Below are positions 1-9,620 of a stretch of 64,000 nucleotides of DNA, piece by piece (within the stretch, counting starts at the first letter, position 1; each line of letters opens with the position of its first letter). Under the pieces are notes generated by a model, which did no database searches, had not been told where the DNA came from, and saw nothing but the letters and a program-made list of their open reading frames with translations. Position numbers and translations under genes: made by a program. Source of the DNA: Methylophilaceae bacterium (lineage in GTDB: Bacteria > Pseudomonadota > Gammaproteobacteria > Burkholderiales > Methylophilaceae); contig JAZGEZ010000026.1 of assembly GCA_036479055.1 (NCBI GenBank), forward strand, positions 11,024 through 75,023, written 5' to 3'.

Positions 1-1215
1 TTTATTTCTGACAATGCTCTTGCCCGTGGCAAAAAGCCACCACTTGGCCATGTTGTTATTATCGGTGGGGGCTATGCGGGCACAACAGCTGCTAAATACA
101 TTCGCATGTGGAGCGCAAACAACATTGCCGTCACCGTTATTGAACAATCGTCACAGTTTATTTCGTGCCCCCTTAGCAATTTAGTATTAGGTGGTAGTAA
201 AAGCATTAACGATTTAACTTTTGGTTATGATGCTGTACAAAAAAATTACGATATCAACTGGGTGCAAGACACCGTGATAGAGATTAATGCCGATGCTAAA
301 AAAGTAATGATGAAACGTGGTGACATTAGCTATGACAGGTTAATCGTCGCACCAGGTGTTGATTTCATTTATGACGCTTTACCAAACTTACAATCAGCAG
401 AAGCGCAAAAACAGGTGCCGCATGCTTGGAAAGCTGGTTGGCAAACAGTTAACTTGCGTAGGCAGCTAGAAACCATGACTGATGGTGGCCTATTTGTGTT
501 ATCTGTCCCCAAAGTACCTTATCGATGCCCCCCTGGTCCGTACGAACGCGTTTGCCAAGTAGCAAGCTACTTCAAAGCACATAAACCAAAAAGCAAAATT
601 ATTGTACTAGATGCTAACCCTGGTATCGTGTCGAAAAAAGGTTTGTTTACCAAAGTTTGGAACAATACCTATAAAGGCATCATCGATTACAAACCTAACA
701 ATGTGATTACCAATATCGACTTGGCTAGTAAAACAGTTACCACTGACTTTGAAAAGGTAAAAGCCGATGTATTAAATATTATTCCACCGCAACGCGCAGG
801 CAAGCCAGCACAAATGGCGGACCTTTTAGAACCGGATTACCCTTGGTGTGAAGTGGATTTTTTAAGCTACGAATCAAAGCGCGTGCCTAGTGTGCACGTC
901 ATTGGTGACAGTGTTGCAGCGGGCTTGCCAAAATCTGCGCATATGGCAACATCACAAGCACGCGTATGCGCGAGCGCTATTGTTGAGCTCATGTATGGAC
1001 GCATCCCTGACCAAAATCCTGTTTTTGCCAATACTTGCTACAGCTTTGTGGATAACAAACGCGCGATACATGTTGCCAACGTCTATCGGTATGACGAAGG
1101 CAAAAAAATCATGGTGGCTGAAAAAGGTGGAGGCTTGTCTCTAAAGCCTTCTGAACAGGAAGGCCGTTATGCTGAAGCATGGGCTACCAATATTTGGTCT
1201 GATGTGCTCACTTAA
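1..1215 (+). CDS. fccB: Flavocytochrome c sulfide dehydrogenase flavoprotein subunit (FccB/SoxF family); 5' end lies outside the window
   Basis: Frame 1 is open from nt 1. The translated start ...HVVIIGGGYAGTTAAKYIR is an FAD Rossmann GxGxxG. The blocks PHAWKAG, YRCPPGPYER, IPPQRAG and HVIGD match my memory of Allochromatium FccB. Confidence 0.85.
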   Translation, partial: FISDNALARGKKPPLGHVVIIGGGYAGTTAAKYIRMWSANNIAVTVIEQSSQFISCPLSNLVLGGSKSINDLTFGYDAVQKNYDINWVQDTVIEINADAKKVMMKRGDISYDRLIVAPGVDFIYDALPNLQSAEAQKQVPHAWKAGWQTVNLRRQLETMTDGGLFVLSVPKVPYRCPPGPYERVCQVASYFKAHKPKSKIIVLDANPGIVSKKGLFTKVWNNTYKGIIDYKPNNVITNIDLASKTVTTDFEKVKADVLNIIPPQRAGKPAQMADLLEPDYPWCEVDFLSYESKRVPSVHVIGDSVAAGLPKSAHMATSQARVCASAIVELMYGRIPDQNPVFANTCYSFVDNKRAIHVANVYRYDEGKKIMVAEKGGGLSLKPSEQEGRYAEAWATNIWSDVLT

Positions 1216-1252
1216 TAGAAACCAAGCGCACTAACAGATGGGGTAATACATT

Positions 1253-2434
1253 ATGTTTGAAATAATGATATACAAACTTAAAAGTTATTTTACATTAGCC
1301 ATGTGCAGCCTAATGCCATCTATCGGCTGTGCCACCAGTAGCGAACCCCCTGAACAACTTCAGCTAAACTTACCAGCAGGCTTTGAAGCCACGGTGTATG
1401 CAAAGCTAGCGGTCATGCCACGTATGATGGCTTTTGGTCCACAAGGCAACTTGTTTGTCTCTTCTGCAAAAAGCAATCAAGTCATCATGCTCTCAGACGC
1501 TGATAAAAATGGGGCTGCCGAAACACAAGTGGTCATATCCAACAAACTTAACGCACCCAATGGATTAGCGTTTGTTGGCGACAGCCTATTAGTCGCCAAT
1601 CAAGATGGCATTGTAAAGTTAATTAAAGAAAATAACATTTGGTCTGAGCCTAAACCATTCATTAGCAACTTAGCCACAGGTGGACACACGCTAAAAACGA
1701 TTAAGCTAAGCCCTGACAACCATCTTTATATTAATGTTGGCTCTAGCTGCAACGTCTGTGTAGAAAACGATCCTTCTCGCGCCACAATCTTACGTTATAC
1801 AGCCGAAGGGAGCCCAGCAGGGGCAATTCCTGTTGTGGGGCGTCACAAATTGCCGCCAATTTGGGCAAAAGGGTTAAGGAACTCTCAAGGCTTTGCTTGG
1901 CACCCTACCACCAGAGAAATGTTTGCCACTAACAATGGGGCGGATATGCGTTCAGAAACCAAGGGTGGAAAAGTGAACGATGAACTGCCACCTGAACACA
2001 TTAATCAAATTAAATTAGGTAAACATTATGGCTGGCCATACTGCTGGGGAAACCAGTTTACCGACCCCAACTTTCCGGGGTCAGATGGTTTTTGTAAAGC
2101 CACTACCCCGCCAGCGATTACGCTAACCTCGCATTCCACTCCTATCGGTATTACTTTTTTAGATAAAAGTCACTTTCCTGGTGAATTTAAACAGGATGCC
2201 ATTGTCGCACTACATGGGTCTTGGAATCGTGAAGAGCTGAGTGGATATAAATTGGTTCGAATCAAGTTTAAAGATGGCAAGCCAGTGGCAGCTGTTGATT
2301 TTGCTACAGGGTGGCTCACTAACAACCGTGCATGGGGTAGGCCTGTAGATGTGGTCATTGGCCCAGATGGTGCGCTCTATGTCACTGATGACAGAGCTGC
2401 TTATATTTACCGAATTACTTATAAAAAGAGTTAA
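1253..2434 (+). CDS. PQQ-dependent sugar (glucose/sorbosone-type) dehydrogenase, exported beta-propeller
   Basis: 393-aa ORF with a hydrophobic N-terminus. The blocks GLRNSQGFAWHP, NNGAD, GKHYGWPYCWG and HGSWNR are typical of soluble PQQ sugar dehydrogenases. Confidence 0.7.
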   Translation: MFEIMIYKLKSYFTLAMCSLMPSIGCATSSEPPEQLQLNLPAGFEATVYAKLAVMPRMMAFGPQGNLFVSSAKSNQVIMLSDADKNGAAETQVVISNKLNAPNGLAFVGDSLLVANQDGIVKLIKENNIWSEPKPFISNLATGGHTLKTIKLSPDNHLYINVGSSCNVCVENDPSRATILRYTAEGSPAGAIPVVGRHKLPPIWAKGLRNSQGFAWHPTTREMFATNNGADMRSETKGGKVNDELPPEHINQIKLGKHYGWPYCWGNQFTDPNFPGSDGFCKATTPPAITLTSHSTPIGITFLDKSHFPGEFKQDAIVALHGSWNREELSGYKLVRIKFKDGKPVAAVDFATGWLTNNRAWGRPVDVVIGPDGALYVTDDRAAYIYRITYKKS

Positions 2435-2445
2435 TTGGAAAACAA

Positions 2446-3018
2446 ATGGAAAAGTTTATATTCAAAATAGCATTGGTGTTTTTTTGCTTTGCTACCTTCA
2501 CATATGCAGCCCCTGTGAAACTGCCAGGTAAGATTGCACTGCACATAGCAAAAACACATTACTTGCACCCAGTACGCTTATTACATCCGTATTTAGACCA
2601 CTGGCATATGAAAGGGCCATTATCAGAAAAGGCTGCGATTGACTCCCTACAAAATCGTTTTGCAAATGTCTCCGAGTGCACAGAAAGCAGTGAAGCAGAC
2701 GTTGTGCTGTTGCTAGAACCACATATGTTTTACAACCCTCAATTACGTGTATTTCATGCAGAGTATATTGCACGTGCTTACACCAGCAGCGGGGAACCGT
2801 TAACACGTATAAAAAAACAAGCCAGACAAATTGGAGATCTTAATATCGCCCCAGACTTTTTTATGGAGAAAAGCTACACGAAAGCCATTAATAAAGTGAT
2901 CGAAAAACTAGCTACTGATAAAGAATTTTTAGCGACTTTAGACAAAAACACTAAAATTAAGGCTGGTTCTATCTGCAGTAAATTAGACCATCAGCCTCTC
3001 GAAAAACTATACTATTAA
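2446..3018 (+). CDS. Hypothetical exported protein
   Basis: 190-aa ORF with a signal peptide (ALVFFCFATFTYA/AP). No family recognised. Confidence 0.5.
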   Translation: MEKFIFKIALVFFCFATFTYAAPVKLPGKIALHIAKTHYLHPVRLLHPYLDHWHMKGPLSEKAAIDSLQNRFANVSECTESSEADVVLLLEPHMFYNPQLRVFHAEYIARAYTSSGEPLTRIKKQARQIGDLNIAPDFFMEKSYTKAINKVIEKLATDKEFLATLDKNTKIKAGSICSKLDHQPLEKLYY

Positions 3019-3040
3019 CTTAAAAAAAGAATCAAAAAAA

Positions 3041-3874
3041 ATGAAAAACCTATTCTTAATTGTTGCTTTACTAGGCATCACCAACCTACACGCCAAGTCA
3101 ATATACTCTGAGAGCATTTCTGGACTATTAACACCAGAGTCCGTTGTACAAGCTGAAAATGGGGATCTATATGTGTCTGAAATCAATGAATTCGATATAG
3201 ATGGTGATGGTCAGATTAAAAGAATAAGTACAAGCGGGAAAGTAAGCGTCTACGCCAAGGGGCTAGATGACCCAAAAGGCTTAGCGCTAATCAACGGCAA
3301 ACTATATGTTGCGGACAAAACACGCATATTAGAAGTGACTGGCAATGATAACTGGCGCGTTTATGCTGATGAAAGTGCATTTCCAATCACCCCTCAATTT
3401 CTCAATGACTTAGTCGCAGATCAATATGGTAATTTGTATGTGAGTGACAGTGGCGACCTATCCTCTGGTGGTGCCATCTATAAAATTACAAAAGAGGGTG
3501 TTGTCAGCACGATTGTTGATAGTGGCAATCCTAATGTGTTAGCGCCGAATGGCCTATGGTTTGAAGGACGAAATAACTTGCTGACAGTTGATTTCGCATC
3601 CGGCATTTTGTACCGCGTTAATATCGGCACAGGTAAAATGACCAAATTAGCAGAAGGCTTTGGCGGCGGAGATGGCATCATCAAAACTAAAACCGGAAAA
3701 ACCTATGTGAGCGATTGGAAAAATGGATATATTTATCTTTCTGCTGCGGGTACCGCTCGAACTGTTAAAGGAGGCTTTAATAGCCCTGCGGATATTGCAC
3801 TAAGCCATGATGGCGAATATATATTAATCCCTGTGATGAAAGCAGGCACACTTGAGTTTATGAAAGTGAAATAG
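3041..3874 (+). CDS. SMP-30/gluconolactonase/LRE-like or NHL-type beta-propeller protein, exported
   Basis: 277-aa ORF with a signal peptide. It has repeated blocks of the type G.LYVSD/G.LYVAD and a PNGL motif, as in 6-bladed propeller lactonase-like proteins. Confidence 0.55.
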   Translation: MKNLFLIVALLGITNLHAKSIYSESISGLLTPESVVQAENGDLYVSEINEFDIDGDGQIKRISTSGKVSVYAKGLDDPKGLALINGKLYVADKTRILEVTGNDNWRVYADESAFPITPQFLNDLVADQYGNLYVSDSGDLSSGGAIYKITKEGVVSTIVDSGNPNVLAPNGLWFEGRNNLLTVDFASGILYRVNIGTGKMTKLAEGFGGGDGIIKTKTGKTYVSDWKNGYIYLSAAGTARTVKGGFNSPADIALSHDGEYILIPVMKAGTLEFMKVK

Positions 3875-3883
3875 CTTCACGCA

Positions 3884-4711
3884 ATGAAAGCAAGCACCTG
3901 TTATTTGGAATCCGTAGAACTTCGTCAGAGCGCATTAAACTGGCTGCTTACTGCTGACCCCTATCGAAAATCAAAAGGTGTCCGAGCGTTACAAAAGTCT
4001 TTTTTAGCAAAACAAATAGCGCTTAACAGTCAAACACTGTTAGGCCACTCAACGACAGATCAAAAACCAATTCCAGGGCGGCCCAGCAAACCAGAACTAG
4101 TCTCACCACTTAATGTTAAGAAACGTTCTATGCGCACTAATGAAGGCCGTGCTTCTCTTGTGCATGCACTCGTACATATTGAATTTAATGCCATCAATTT
4201 AGCATTAGATGCTGTTTGGCGATTCGAGGGTATGCCAAATCAATACTATATTGACTGGTTAAAAGTCGCTGCTGAAGAGGCTTATCACTTCACCTTGCTC
4301 AACGAGCATTTACAAACGTTAGGTTATGAATACGGCCATTTCACTGGCCACAATTCACTTTGGGAAATGGTGGAAAAGACACAAGGTGATGTGCTCGCAC
4401 GTATGGCACTGGTGCCGCGCACAATGGAAGCACGAGGCTTAGATGCCAACTTACCCTTACGCAACAAACTCGCGCAAGCAGGTGATATGAGAGCCGCCGA
4501 AATATTAGACATTATCTTACGCGATGAAATTGGGCATGTTGCTATTGGTAATTATTGGTTTAATTGGCTTTGCGAACAACAAAAACTCGACCCAATCAAA
4601 ATATTTGATGCCCTATGCAAGCAATACAATGCTCCTAAGATGCGCCCGCCTTACAATATGGATGCAAGACGTCAAGCTGGATTTAGCGAGGCAGAGCTAA
4701 ATCTACTGTAG
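3884..4711 (+). CDS. Ferritin-like DUF455 family protein
   Basis: 275-aa ORF. The blocks HALVHIEFNAINLALD, MEARGLDA and LRDEIGHVAIG resemble the DUF455 di-iron ferritin-like fold. Confidence 0.6.
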   Translation: MKASTCYLESVELRQSALNWLLTADPYRKSKGVRALQKSFLAKQIALNSQTLLGHSTTDQKPIPGRPSKPELVSPLNVKKRSMRTNEGRASLVHALVHIEFNAINLALDAVWRFEGMPNQYYIDWLKVAAEEAYHFTLLNEHLQTLGYEYGHFTGHNSLWEMVEKTQGDVLARMALVPRTMEARGLDANLPLRNKLAQAGDMRAAEILDIILRDEIGHVAIGNYWFNWLCEQQKLDPIKIFDALCKQYNAPKMRPPYNMDARRQAGFSEAELNLL

Positions 4712-4713
4712 GC

Positions 4714-5553
4714 TTATGCCTTGAAAAGGTTGGCAACCCCATCTAAGCCGCTGAAATTAAGTGCATAGGTGGCTTGCTGTTGCACGATAGGCTTGGCGTG
4801 ATAAGCCACTCCAGCGGTAGTAGCAGCCATCATTTTCAAATCATTTGCCCCATCGCCTATAGCCAGCACTTGTTCAGGCTTTAAGCCTAAATCGTTTCGC
4901 AATTTAACAAGCTCTTGCGCCTTACGTTCGGCATCGACAACTTCACCAATAACTTTCCCGGTCAACTTTCCATTAACAGTTTCCAATGTATTGGACACCG
5001 CATAATCCAACCCCAGTATATTTTTCACATGATTGGCAAAAAACGTAAACCCGCCAGATACCACCATCGTTTTGATGTTGTTAGCTTTGCAGGCAGCAAT
5101 CCACTCTTGTGCGCCAGGGCTTAATTTTAAGCGCTCATCAACGACCTTTTGCAAAGCGGTTTCTGGCAAGCCTTTAAGCAATGCCACACGCTTTTTTAAG
5201 CTTTCAGAAAAATCCAGCTCGCCACGCATCGCCGCCTCTGTAATCCCTGATACCTGTGGTTTGATATGCATCATATCGGCAATTTCATCAATACATTCAA
5301 TTGCAATCAATGTGGAGTCCATATCCATCACGCATAAACCAAAACCAGTTAAACGCTGCTTATCTGGAACAACCGCACAATCAATATACTGTTCTGTACA
5401 AAAACTTTTAATTTCGGCAACTTCAGATGACCGAATAGGTAAATAATAGGCGTACTCACCAATTTGCATAAACTGTGTGTTGCTACCTATTAAACGGTGA
5501 ATGTGGGTAAGATGCGCAACAGTAATTGCGTGACCTTGAACAACTAAGCGCAT
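4714..5553 (-). CDS. serB: Phosphoserine phosphatase SerB
   Basis: HAD motifs DMDSTLI, VSGG and GDGANDL are present. I chose the ATG at 5553. The ORF track starts at a TTG at 5574, and a TATAAT sits just upstream of that. Confidence 0.85.
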   Translation of the reverse strand: MRLVVQGHAITVAHLTHIHRLIGSNTQFMQIGEYAYYLPIRSSEVAEIKSFCTEQYIDCAVVPDKQRLTGFGLCVMDMDSTLIAIECIDEIADMMHIKPQVSGITEAAMRGELDFSESLKKRVALLKGLPETALQKVVDERLKLSPGAQEWIAACKANNIKTMVVSGGFTFFANHVKNILGLDYAVSNTLETVNGKLTGKVIGEVVDAERKAQELVKLRNDLGLKPEQVLAIGDGANDLKMMAATTAGVAYHAKPIVQQQATYALNFSGLDGVANLFKA

Positions 5554-5710
5554 GAAATAGACATCTAGAAACAATAAAAAAAGAATTATAGCAGTTACCT
5601 TGGGCTAGACGTAATTGTCAGCATTAATCCCGTTTTCATCTTCGCTACGCTTGGATAATCACCTGTTTGAATGCTATCATTTTCGTCATAACAATTAACG
5701 AGATGAAATA

Positions 5711-6481
5711 ATGAAATTTACACCGTCTAATATGACCTGGTTTAACCTGCCTAATATGCCTACACCGGTAAAAGTACTGTTCGCAGGTTACTTGTTGATA
5801 GCAGGTGCGGGCTTGCTCATGGCTGGTTTACAAATCATGATGACGCATGGCATGGCCGATGGAGAGGTGGGTATATCAAAAAACGATATCGTCTACAGCT
5901 ATTATGGTGACCGCACCCACAGCACTTTAGAAAGCAAGTTAAACGGCTCTATGAAGGCTAATGCGCCCGATGAAGTACGCGCAGATATTATTAACTGGGT
6001 ACATCAAGGAGCGCCAAAAGCGGATTGGGATGCCCACTTCAAAGATGTTTTTGAAAAAAACTGTGTTGTTTGCCATAGCAACATGCCCAATATTCCAAAC
6101 TTTAAAAACTTCGAAGAAGTACAAAAAATGGCTGCCACCAGTGATGGCGCAAGTTTTCAGAACTTAACGCGTATTTCTCACATCCACCTATTTGGGATTG
6201 GCTTTATCTTTTTCTTTATTAGTTTTATTTTCAGCTTTGCTGTTGGCATTCCTAAAAAACTAAAAATCTTGGCGATTGCCATCCCATTTGGATTTTTGAT
6301 TTTAGATATTTTGTCTTGGTGGCTAACTAAACTTAATCCAGACTTTGCTTACTTAACGATTATTGGGGGTATTGGCTATAGCTTAGCCTCTACATTTATG
6401 TGGGTAACGAGCATGTATCAAATGTTTATTCTATCGCGTAATGGCAAAGTATACGGTAACGCTTGGGAGCAAGATTTGTAA
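5711..6481 (+). CDS. Integral membrane protein with a single periplasmic CxxCH haem c motif
   Basis: 256-aa ORF. It has an N-terminal TM segment, then a ~110-aa loop containing CVVCH, then about 4 C-terminal TM segments. No named family recognised. Confidence 0.55.
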   Translation: MKFTPSNMTWFNLPNMPTPVKVLFAGYLLIAGAGLLMAGLQIMMTHGMADGEVGISKNDIVYSYYGDRTHSTLESKLNGSMKANAPDEVRADIINWVHQGAPKADWDAHFKDVFEKNCVVCHSNMPNIPNFKNFEEVQKMAATSDGASFQNLTRISHIHLFGIGFIFFFISFIFSFAVGIPKKLKILAIAIPFGFLILDILSWWLTKLNPDFAYLTIIGGIGYSLASTFMWVTSMYQMFILSRNGKVYGNAWEQDL

Positions 6482-6516
6482 CCCCGTTACTTAACGTATT
6501 GCTGATTCAACACAAT

Positions 6517-6548
6517 AAAAAGCCACTGATTAAAAACGGTGGCTTTTT
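6517..6548 (+). terminator. Rho-independent terminator downstream of the 5711-6481 CDS
   Basis: AGCCACTG/CGGTGGCT 8-bp stem with one G-U pair and an 8-nt loop, followed by T5. Confidence 0.6.
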
Positions 6549-6633
6549 ATTTGCGTGCATTTTACTAGCCTCAACTCAACTTTTGCGAGAAAATACGGCT
6601 AAGCATAAACAATCTACGAACCTAGCGACAATA

Positions 6634-7794
6634 ATGAATTTACATGAATATCAATCTAAGCAACTATTGCAACGTTACGGTATAGCAACGCCGATTGGCG
6701 AAGTCGTACAATCTGAAAAGGCTGCTGCTGCGGCTACCAAACAAATTGCAGGAAATGCTTGGGTCGTAAAAGCGCAAGTGCATGCCGGTGGACGAGGTAA
6801 AGCTGGGGGCGTTAAACTTATTTCATCCGCTTCTGAAGCACAAGCTGTCGCAGGCAGATTGCTCGGTAAGCATTTAGTTACGTATCAAAACGCGCCTGAT
6901 GGACAGCCTGTTCACAGAGTACTAGTAGAACAAACATTACCGATTGCAAGAGAGCTATATTTATCATTACTAGTAGATCGAACACTTGATCGTGTGGTGA
7001 TGGTTGCCTCATCTGCTGGCGGCATGGATATTGAAGAAATTGCGACGACTGAACCAGAGAAAATATTACAAGAAATATGCGACCCGTTAAATGGGTTAGT
7101 AGACTTTCAGGCCCGCAATATCGCTTTTGCATTGGCGCTAGAGGGTGACCAAATTGCCGCCTTTACTCAGTTAGCAAAAGGCTTGTATAAGCTCTTCACC
7201 GAAAATGATTTAGCACTGCTTGAAATCAATCCATTGATTGTCACAACGGATGGCAATCTAGTCGCCTTAGACTGCAAAATGACAGTAGACGACAATGCCT
7301 TGTACCGACAAAAAACCTTAGCCGGATTACGTGATTGGTCACAGGATGATGCCAAAGAAGCTGAAGCACACCATTCAGGTTTAAATTACATTGCACTTAA
7401 CGGTAATATTGGTTGCATGGTCAATGGTGCAGGCCTTGCCATGGCAACGATGGACCTGATTAAACTACACGGGGGTACGCCAGCAAACTTTTTAGATGTT
7501 GGCGGAGGTGCAACAGCAGAAACGGTCACAAAAGCATTTAAAATTATCTTGGCTGATCAAAATGTACAAGCTATTTTAGTCAATATATTCGGTGGCATTA
7601 TGCGTTGTGACATTATTGCAACGGGCATTATCACCGCAGTGAAAGAAGTAAAAATGTCTATTCCAGTTGTCGTCCGTTTGGAAGGTACAAACGTTGAAAT
7701 AGGTAAGAAAATGTTGCGAGAAAGCGGCTTAAATATCATTTCTGCTGAAAATTTAACTGATGCAGCTGAGCAAGTAGTAAAGGCGGCAGCATGA
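6634..7794 (+). CDS. sucC: Succinyl-CoA synthetase beta subunit
   Basis: [12 protein letters not shown]... is the canonical SucC N-terminus. The start was moved from 6463 to the ATG at 6634 because the upstream extension runs through a terminator hairpin. Confidence 0.95.
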   Translation: MNLHEYQSKQLLQRYGIATPIGEVVQSEKAAAAATKQIAGNAWVVKAQVHAGGRGKAGGVKLISSASEAQAVAGRLLGKHLVTYQNAPDGQPVHRVLVEQTLPIARELYLSLLVDRTLDRVVMVASSAGGMDIEEIATTEPEKILQEICDPLNGLVDFQARNIAFALALEGDQIAAFTQLAKGLYKLFTENDLALLEINPLIVTTDGNLVALDCKMTVDDNALYRQKTLAGLRDWSQDDAKEAEAHHSGLNYIALNGNIGCMVNGAGLAMATMDLIKLHGGTPANFLDVGGGATAETVTKAFKIILADQNVQAILVNIFGGIMRCDIIATGIITAVKEVKMSIPVVVRLEGTNVEIGKKMLRESGLNIISAENLTDAAEQVVKAAA

Positions 7795-8672
7795 GTATTC
7801 TAGTCGACAAAAACACGAAAGTCTTATGCCAAGGTTTTACCGGGAAACAAGGATCATTTCATTCCGAACAAGCGATTGCTTATGGGACACAAATGGTTGG
7901 TGGGGTTACGCCTAAAAAAGGTGGTCAGCAGCATTTAGATTTGCCTGTCTTTAATACCATGCGTGAAGCCGTAAGGGAAACACAAGCTAATGCAAGTGTC
8001 ATTTATGTGCCTCCGCCATTTGCAGCAGATTCAATTTTGGAAGCAAGTGATGCAGGCATTGAATTGATCGTCTGTATTACTGAAGGCATCCCTGTATTAG
8101 ATATGTTAAAAGTTAAAACCGCATTAGATGCAAACGGCACAAAACTAATTGGGCCGAACTGCCCAGGCATTATTACACCAGATGAATGCAAAATTGGCAT
8201 TATGCCAGGCAGCATTCACTTGCGAGGGAAAGTTGGGGTGGTCTCTCGTTCAGGCACATTAACTTATGAGGCCGTACAGCAAACGACCGCGCTTGGCCTA
8301 GGTCAAACAACCTGTGTTGGTATTGGCGGTGATCCAGTTAAAGGCTTGAATTTTATTGAATGCTTAGCCTTGTTTGAAGCAGATACTGAAACAGAAGCGA
8401 TTATGATGGTAGGAGAGATTGGCGGTAGCGACGAGGAAGCGGCGGCTGACTATATCAAACACCATGTAACGAAACCGGTGGCTGCCTATATTGCTGGGCT
8501 AACCGCACCAAAAGGCAAACGCATGGGGCATGCTGGTGCGATTATATCAGGTGGTTCTGGACGTGCAGAAGATAAGATTTCCGCACTTGAAAGTGCAGGT
8601 GCTGTCGTAGCTAATTCACCAGCGGGTCTAGGCGAAGCAGTGATGAAAGCAATTAAAAATAAAGAAAGTTAA
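7791..8672 (+). CDS. sucD: Succinyl-CoA synthetase alpha subunit
   Basis: ATGA overlap with sucC. The blocks [23 protein letters not shown] and MGHAGAII (phosphohistidine loop) are present. Confidence 0.95.
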   Translation: MSILVDKNTKVLCQGFTGKQGSFHSEQAIAYGTQMVGGVTPKKGGQQHLDLPVFNTMREAVRETQANASVIYVPPPFAADSILEASDAGIELIVCITEGIPVLDMLKVKTALDANGTKLIGPNCPGIITPDECKIGIMPGSIHLRGKVGVVSRSGTLTYEAVQQTTALGLGQTTCVGIGGDPVKGLNFIECLALFEADTETEAIMMVGEIGGSDEEAAADYIKHHVTKPVAAYIAGLTAPKGKRMGHAGAIISGGSGRAEDKISALESAGAVVANSPAGLGEAVMKAIKNKES

Positions 8673-8675
8673 CCA

Positions 8676-9617
8676 TTGAAAAAATATACCCTTTTAGTTT
8701 TATTGTATTTATCATTTTTCAGTCATATAAGTTTGGCTGAAGACATTGCTTACTTACTGACTGCCTCTTCAAAAGGCGATATTTCTACCGTTAACGCCAT
8801 GTTAAAAAGTGGTGTCAATCCTAATACTAAAGACCAAGATGGCATTACTGCATTAATGTACGCAGCACGCAAAAATGAAGCAGCCGTTGTAGCGCTGTTA
8901 ATTAATAAAGGTGCTGAAGTCAACGCCAGTGACAGCGGCGGCTGGACACCTCTCATGTTTGCTGCAAAAAGAGACCATATTAAAACCATGAGAGTACTAC
9001 TAAAACATGGTGCAAACCCTAAAGTTCGCGACCCTAGCGGTTGGAGCGCTTTTGGCATGGCGGCTACTTCAGGACATAGTGATTCAGTTAAGTTAATGCT
9101 TGATAATGGTGTTGATGCAAACATAAGAAGTGATGATGGAAAAACGGCGCTTATGTATGCGGCAAAAAGTGGTGATTTACCAACCATTACTGTGCTTACT
9201 CAACATGGTGCCAATACTAATTTAAGAGATCGTTTAGGTGCTACTGCCATGGTTTATGCAGCAAGAAAAGGTCATGCGTCGGCAGTGAAGCATCTCATTG
9301 AACAAGGCGCTAATACCAATACAGAAGACAAATCAGAGTGGACAGCATTGACATGGGCCGTCAAAAAATCACAAATAGGTGCTGCCAAAACGTTAATTGA
9401 AAATGGCGCCAATATTAACCATAAAGATGCAGAAGGCACTCCTATCCTACAGTTAGCAGTAGATAACAACTCAGTTGAGCTGGTAACATTATTGCTTGCT
9501 AATAAAGTCAACCTTAAAGCACGAGATCAATACGGACTCACCGCTTATGTTTATGCACTTAAAAAAGGTAACTCTGAAATTGTAGCTCTTATTAAAAATG
9601 CTGGCGGCAAATATTAG
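8676..9617 (+). CDS. Exported ankyrin-repeat protein (about 8-9 ANK repeats)
   Basis: TTG start 4 nt after the sucD stop. Signal peptide ends SHISLA/ED. The 33-aa unit G.TALMYAA..G....V..LL..GA..N is repeated throughout. Confidence 0.85.
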   Translation: MKKYTLLVLLYLSFFSHISLAEDIAYLLTASSKGDISTVNAMLKSGVNPNTKDQDGITALMYAARKNEAAVVALLINKGAEVNASDSGGWTPLMFAAKRDHIKTMRVLLKHGANPKVRDPSGWSAFGMAATSGHSDSVKLMLDNGVDANIRSDDGKTALMYAAKSGDLPTITVLTQHGANTNLRDRLGATAMVYAARKGHASAVKHLIEQGANTNTEDKSEWTALTWAVKKSQIGAAKTLIENGANINHKDAEGTPILQLAVDNNSVELVTLLLANKVNLKARDQYGLTAYVYALKKGNSEIVALIKNAGGKY

Positions 9618-9620
9618 CGC

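Noticed and set aside
2254-2263. GGTTCGAATC, identical to a tRNA T-loop consensus
   Set aside because: It lies inside the PQQ dehydrogenase CDS. The flanking bases cannot form a T-stem or acceptor stem. No other tRNA-like structure was seen in any intergenic gap, and all gaps are shorter than about 275 bp.
6463-6633. 57-codon N-terminal extension of sucC in the ORF track
   Set aside because: The extension runs through the terminator hairpin of the upstream gene. The canonical SucC N-terminus MNLHEYQSK begins at the ATG at 6634.
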